DNA from: the human T2T-CHM13v2.0 reference genome, Homo sapiens
NCBI RefSeq assembly: GCF_009914755.1
Contig: NC_060928.1
Length of the DNA stretch: 64,000 nt
Direction: 5' to 3' (one strand)
Shown here: in pieces, positions 60,100 to 64,000 of the stretch
Layout of the letters: the number at the start of each line of letters is the position of its first letter
How positions within the stretch are numbered: position 1 is the first letter of the stretch
Made by a program: the position numbers and the translations under genes
Notes under the pieces: model-generated
The model's input: the letters and a program-made list of their open reading frames with translations, nothing else
Told to the model about the DNA's origin: nothing
Database searches by the model: none

Positions 60100-60342
60100 G
60101 TTTTCTGAAGACAAAATATCATGCTCACACCACACACTCACCACAAAACAAAGAACAGGTAAAGAGGGCACACACACACCTTTATCGTTTATACCAAAAC
60201 AAAATCAGAGTACCAAGAAATTCAAGCCAAGTCAAAACCAAAACCAAAGTATCAGGCAATTCAAGTCAAGTCAAAACCAGAACAGAAGTGCCGACACAGG
60301 CACACCGTGGGTGATCAGGCCACGCTTCCACTTAAATGGAGT

Positions 60343-60375
60343 GGGCAAGTTTCAAAGACATGTCTTACCAAGTTT
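60343..60375. promoter_or_regulatory. Candidate p53 response element overlapping the HERV-E major splice donor
   Basis: GGGCAAGTTT-caa-AGACATGTCT (two perfect RRRCWWGYYY half-sites) plus partial TACCAAGTTT; minus strand TTG|GTAAGA. Confidence 0.4.
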
Positions 60376-61890
60376 CAGATGTCCGGACTCCAAGTGCCAG
60401 GTCCTTCCCAGTGTCCAGCCGGTGCCTGTGTGCACAGTTTTTTAATGGCGGATTGTCTTTATTTTTACCCTACCTCAAAAATGCCCAACCATCGGTATTC
60501 TGAATATTCTGTATCACAGGTCTAAAATCACATGATATGTGACTTTATATCATGATGAAGAGAACTAATAATTATGGTTGAATATCTAAATCAGGAATGA
60601 ATATTTAGCTTCTGAAATTCTATTGAATGTGATAAGCTAATATGAAAGACACTGGCTATTGGAACTTTTGGATTAAGGCTGTTATTGGAAGTTACAGAAA
60701 CTCAGGAACCATAGAGGCTATGCAAATGAAGTACAAATGTGTAGTGATCAAGGATCACTTTTATATAATTTGCATGACTCAGATCTCTTAAAGTGATGAA
60801 CAGTCTTGGCAGGGATAATGTTGATCTTATTAATCTGAAATTCTGAAAAAAGGTTAATATTGGTACACTTGAATATTTTAGATAGTTTATACTCTTATAA
60901 AACTGATTATAAAAATGCTTCTTAAACATCAGAAAGAGAATTAACACTTTAGATAATTTCTAGAAGTATTTAGAAATATGACCAATAACTTTATAGACAT
61001 ACTCATTCCATTACTGCAAAAATCCCCGCTTGTGTTTTGGAAATTTTTCAGTTGATGATATTTGTGTGATCATGCCATTGATATTTAAAAATCCCACTTT
61101 TGTTTGTGGGATTGCAAGTACAGATAGATTCTTATAGACACTTAGGAAAAAAGTGTACATTTTAAATTATTAAAATAGATGATTTATGAATGTATCATTC
61201 TCAAGAAAATAATGAGCATATCTTATAACCTGTTATCTGTTTTAGAGTCCAGAATGCTTCACTAACTTTCTCTGCTGGATTACAGTGTGCTGATTCTCCA
61301 TTTTCTTTGCTGAAAACCATAAATAGGAAATTACTGATGATACAAACCTCAGAGACTTAAAGAAACATAATTAGAGACAGTTGAAAAAGGCAGATTGAAA
61401 ATCAATGTTTAGTTAAGTACTCTTTTCCCAGCCCTGTTTTATATTTACATTCATTAATCATTGAAAATAATACTTCAAGATTCTTTATTGATGTAAAGTA
61501 TCATTTGAATATATAACATCCTAAAGAAAGGAATTATTTTATTCTGATAGTGGACTTTATGCCTTTGCTAATAGACTTGGATAGACTTTGCATTGTTTAT
61601 CTTTTGAGGAATTAAATATTTCTACTTGAAATTGAAAATCATTTTAATTCTCTCCAAAAGAGAAAATTCTGAGAATCAGATAAATTATATTCTGAATTTC
61701 AAAGTAACTTGCCAACCTGCAACATTAGCACAAGAATGATTTCAACTGGAACAAAATAAAAATCACAAACAATTTCTCTTTCCATTTATAACTTAATTAG
61801 AATTATGAATCAGACTACTTTAGGACTAGGTTATTGCTTGAGTTAAGCAAAGTCACTCTTTTCTCTTGCCCAAAAGATCACTGGAGATAA

Positions 61891-62186
61891 TTTTTTTTTT
61901 TTTTTGAGATGGAGTCTTGCTGTGTTGCCCAGGCTGGAGAGCAGTGGTGTGATCTCTGCTCACTGCAAGCTCCGCCTCCCGGGTTCATGCCATTCTCCTG
62001 CCTCAGCCTTCTGAGTAGCTGGGACTACAGGCATGTACCACCACGCCCAGCTAATTTTTTGTATTTTTAGTAGAGATGGGGTTTCACCATGTTAGCCAGG
62101 GTGGTCTGGATCTCCTGATGTCGTGATCTGCCCGCCTCGGCCTCCCAAAGTGCTGGGATTACAGGCGTGAGCCACCGCGCCCAGCT
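61891..62186 (-). mobile_element. AluY
   Basis: gcaagctccgcctcccgggttcatgccattctcc, gttagccagg, gtgagccaccgcgccc. Confidence 0.93.
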
Positions 62187-62783
62187 GAGAATTGTTTTTT
62201 TAAAGGGATAAAAGAAGAAAAATACACAACTTCCAAGACTAGAACTAAAATTGAAGAAAATGTACTATTCTTGGAAATAAGAGTTAGCAAAAATCATTAA
62301 GCACTATTGTTCCCTTAAGGTCTAGTATTTTGTATAATTTGGAAATTATAGGAGATAACTATACTTATTTTATAGCCTTGTGCATTGAATAAAAAGAATC
62401 TTCCATAAGAAATTGATCATGATTACAAGTTTTCTTTGATAATTTTTGTGCAAAACTTGCTTCTACTTGTATGTTTTCTTTATGGTCTAATATGCAGAAT
62501 ACACTATCTTGAATTTTTCTACTTCAGTTCAACTTTAGAGATCCCATTCTTAGTTTCTGTATAGTTTAGTAGAATAAGAAAATCTTGTATAATATCAGTG
62601 ATGACAATTTTTTGGGAAATATATAGAATTTTTCAGTGGTTTGGTGCCTATAGCCCACCACTAAGATGTATCTGATGAACAGTGTGAATTTAAGATCAAG
62701 AGACCCTTTAAGGACTCAGTAAAAAATATCTCAAAACTCAGAATTGATAGGCAATAAGGAGAGTAAACGATCTTTATACTTAT

Positions 62784-63561
62784 TGTCAATGAAAAGGGTC
62801 AAACTCTGTAAAATATTTGAAGAGATTTATTCTGAGCCACATGAGTGACCATGGTCCATGACATAGCCCTCAGGAGGCCCTGAGAACACATGTCCAAGGT
62901 AGTTGGGGCGCAGCTTGGTTTTTTACATTTTAGAGAGGCATGAGACATCAATCAAATACATTTAAGAAATACATTGGTTTGGTCCAGAAAGGTGGGACAA
63001 CTCAAAGCAGGGGGTGGGGTGGGGACTGCTTCCAGGCTATGGGTAAATTTAAACATTTTCTGTTTGACAATTGGTTGAGCTTATCTAAAGACCTGGGATG
63101 ACAGAAAGGAAGTGTTCAGGTTAAGATAAAAGACTGTGGAGACCAAGGTTCTTTTGAGGTCTTATAGTGGCTGCTCTTAGAGACAATAGATGACAAGGGT
63201 TTCCTATTCAGATCTTTAAAAGGTGCAGACTTAGTTAATCTCTTTAGGCTTGGGAGGGCCAGGAAGAAAAAAAACTAGCTATGTTAGTAGAGATTCTTTA
63301 CAGATGCTGATTTTCCTCCACAAAAGACAGCTTTGCAGGGCCATTTCAAGACATGGCAAAGAAACATGTTTTGGGGTAAAATATTTTGATTTTCTTCCTT
63401 GTCTTGTAATGTTATGCCAGAGTCAGGTTGGAAAGTAAGTCACAATATATAGAGTTAAATAAAACCCATCTGATGAGAATTTATGATTTGTAGGGCATGA
63501 CTCCCCAGACCCTTTATATAGGAATTTGGGCAAGATAAAAAAAAAATCAGTTTGGTCCTCA
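62784..63561 (-). mobile_element. MER4E-like ERV1 solo LTR
   Basis: tgtcaatgaaaagggtcaaactctgtaaaatatttgaagag...ggaatttgggcaagataaaa...ggtcctca; perfect 4-bp TSD ttat at 62780 and 63562. Confidence 0.9.
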
Positions 63562-64000
63562 TTATAAATCAACATTTAATTAAAAGAACTACACATTACA
63601 AGACCATAATAATTGTTCCTGTTTCAAAAGTTTGTTGAGAAAATGAGTTAATATGCATAAAGCTCTTTGAGTAGTGTCTGGCACATAGGAAGCACCCAAT
63701 ACATGGCAACAGTTACTATTATTATTATTATTATTTATATAATCAGGTCTTTCCTTCATATTTTCTTCTGTCAGAGAGTGTTTGAGTGTCATGCTATTCA
63801 GAGATTTTACTGTCTGCGTTGACTAGTCCACACCATGACAATCAATGATATCCTATGCCAGGTCTGATTTTTAAAGGATTTTACATTCCAAATCGGTTCT
63901 GAGGTAGCAAATCCCAAATATGGCAAAAAATTCTACTTTGGAATCTTTATTTAACCTCAAATATTCTATTTCCACATGTTATATTACAGATGAGAGAAAA

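Larger units (their letters stand above)
52344..60421 (-). mobile_element. HERV-E provirus lacking the 5' LTR and PBS
   Basis: One LTR2B/2C-type LTR, PPT, env, pol, pro, gag and part of the leader; gag starts MGQAKCKPTPLGTML. Confidence 0.92.

Noticed and set aside
60190-60290. Repeated aagtcaaaacca units
   Set aside because: Appears to be ordinary HERV-E leader repeat structure rather than a separate element
52344-60421. L1-mediated processed copy of HERV-E RNA
   Set aside because: The 3' LTR includes U5 to the terminal CA and there is no poly-A tail or long TSD

Overview
Primate (most likely human) AT-rich genomic DNA dominated by transposable elements, with no intact protein-coding ORF. 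The main elements are: a two-LTR, internally deleted HERV-H provirus (3229-9493, minus, ATAAT target-site duplication); a near-full-length but dead L1PA5/6-like LINE-1 (40882-46932, plus) inserted in an older L1M; and a HERV-E (LTR2B/2C-type) provirus (52344-60421, minus) with gag-pro-pol-env remnants and a 3' LTR but no 5' LTR or PBS. There are also solo LTRs (MST, MER68/77-like, MER4E), nine Alus, DNA transposon relics (Tigger4a, MER1B, MADE1) and MIR/L2 fragments. The best non-repeat signal is a candidate 45-nt frame-preserving microexon at 49296-49340 (plus), with a ~94-nt AG-free zone and an SRRM4-type UGC motif. All five confidently identified LTR elements lie on the minus strand; together these suggest the window is an intron of a large plus-strand gene that I cannot name. 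I see no wholly new multi-gene system. The unusual items are that exon, the 5'-LTR-less HERV-E that still seems flanked by a target-site duplication, and a double snap-back templated insertion inside a twin-primed L1. Subfamily calls come from recalled consensus motifs, not database searches.
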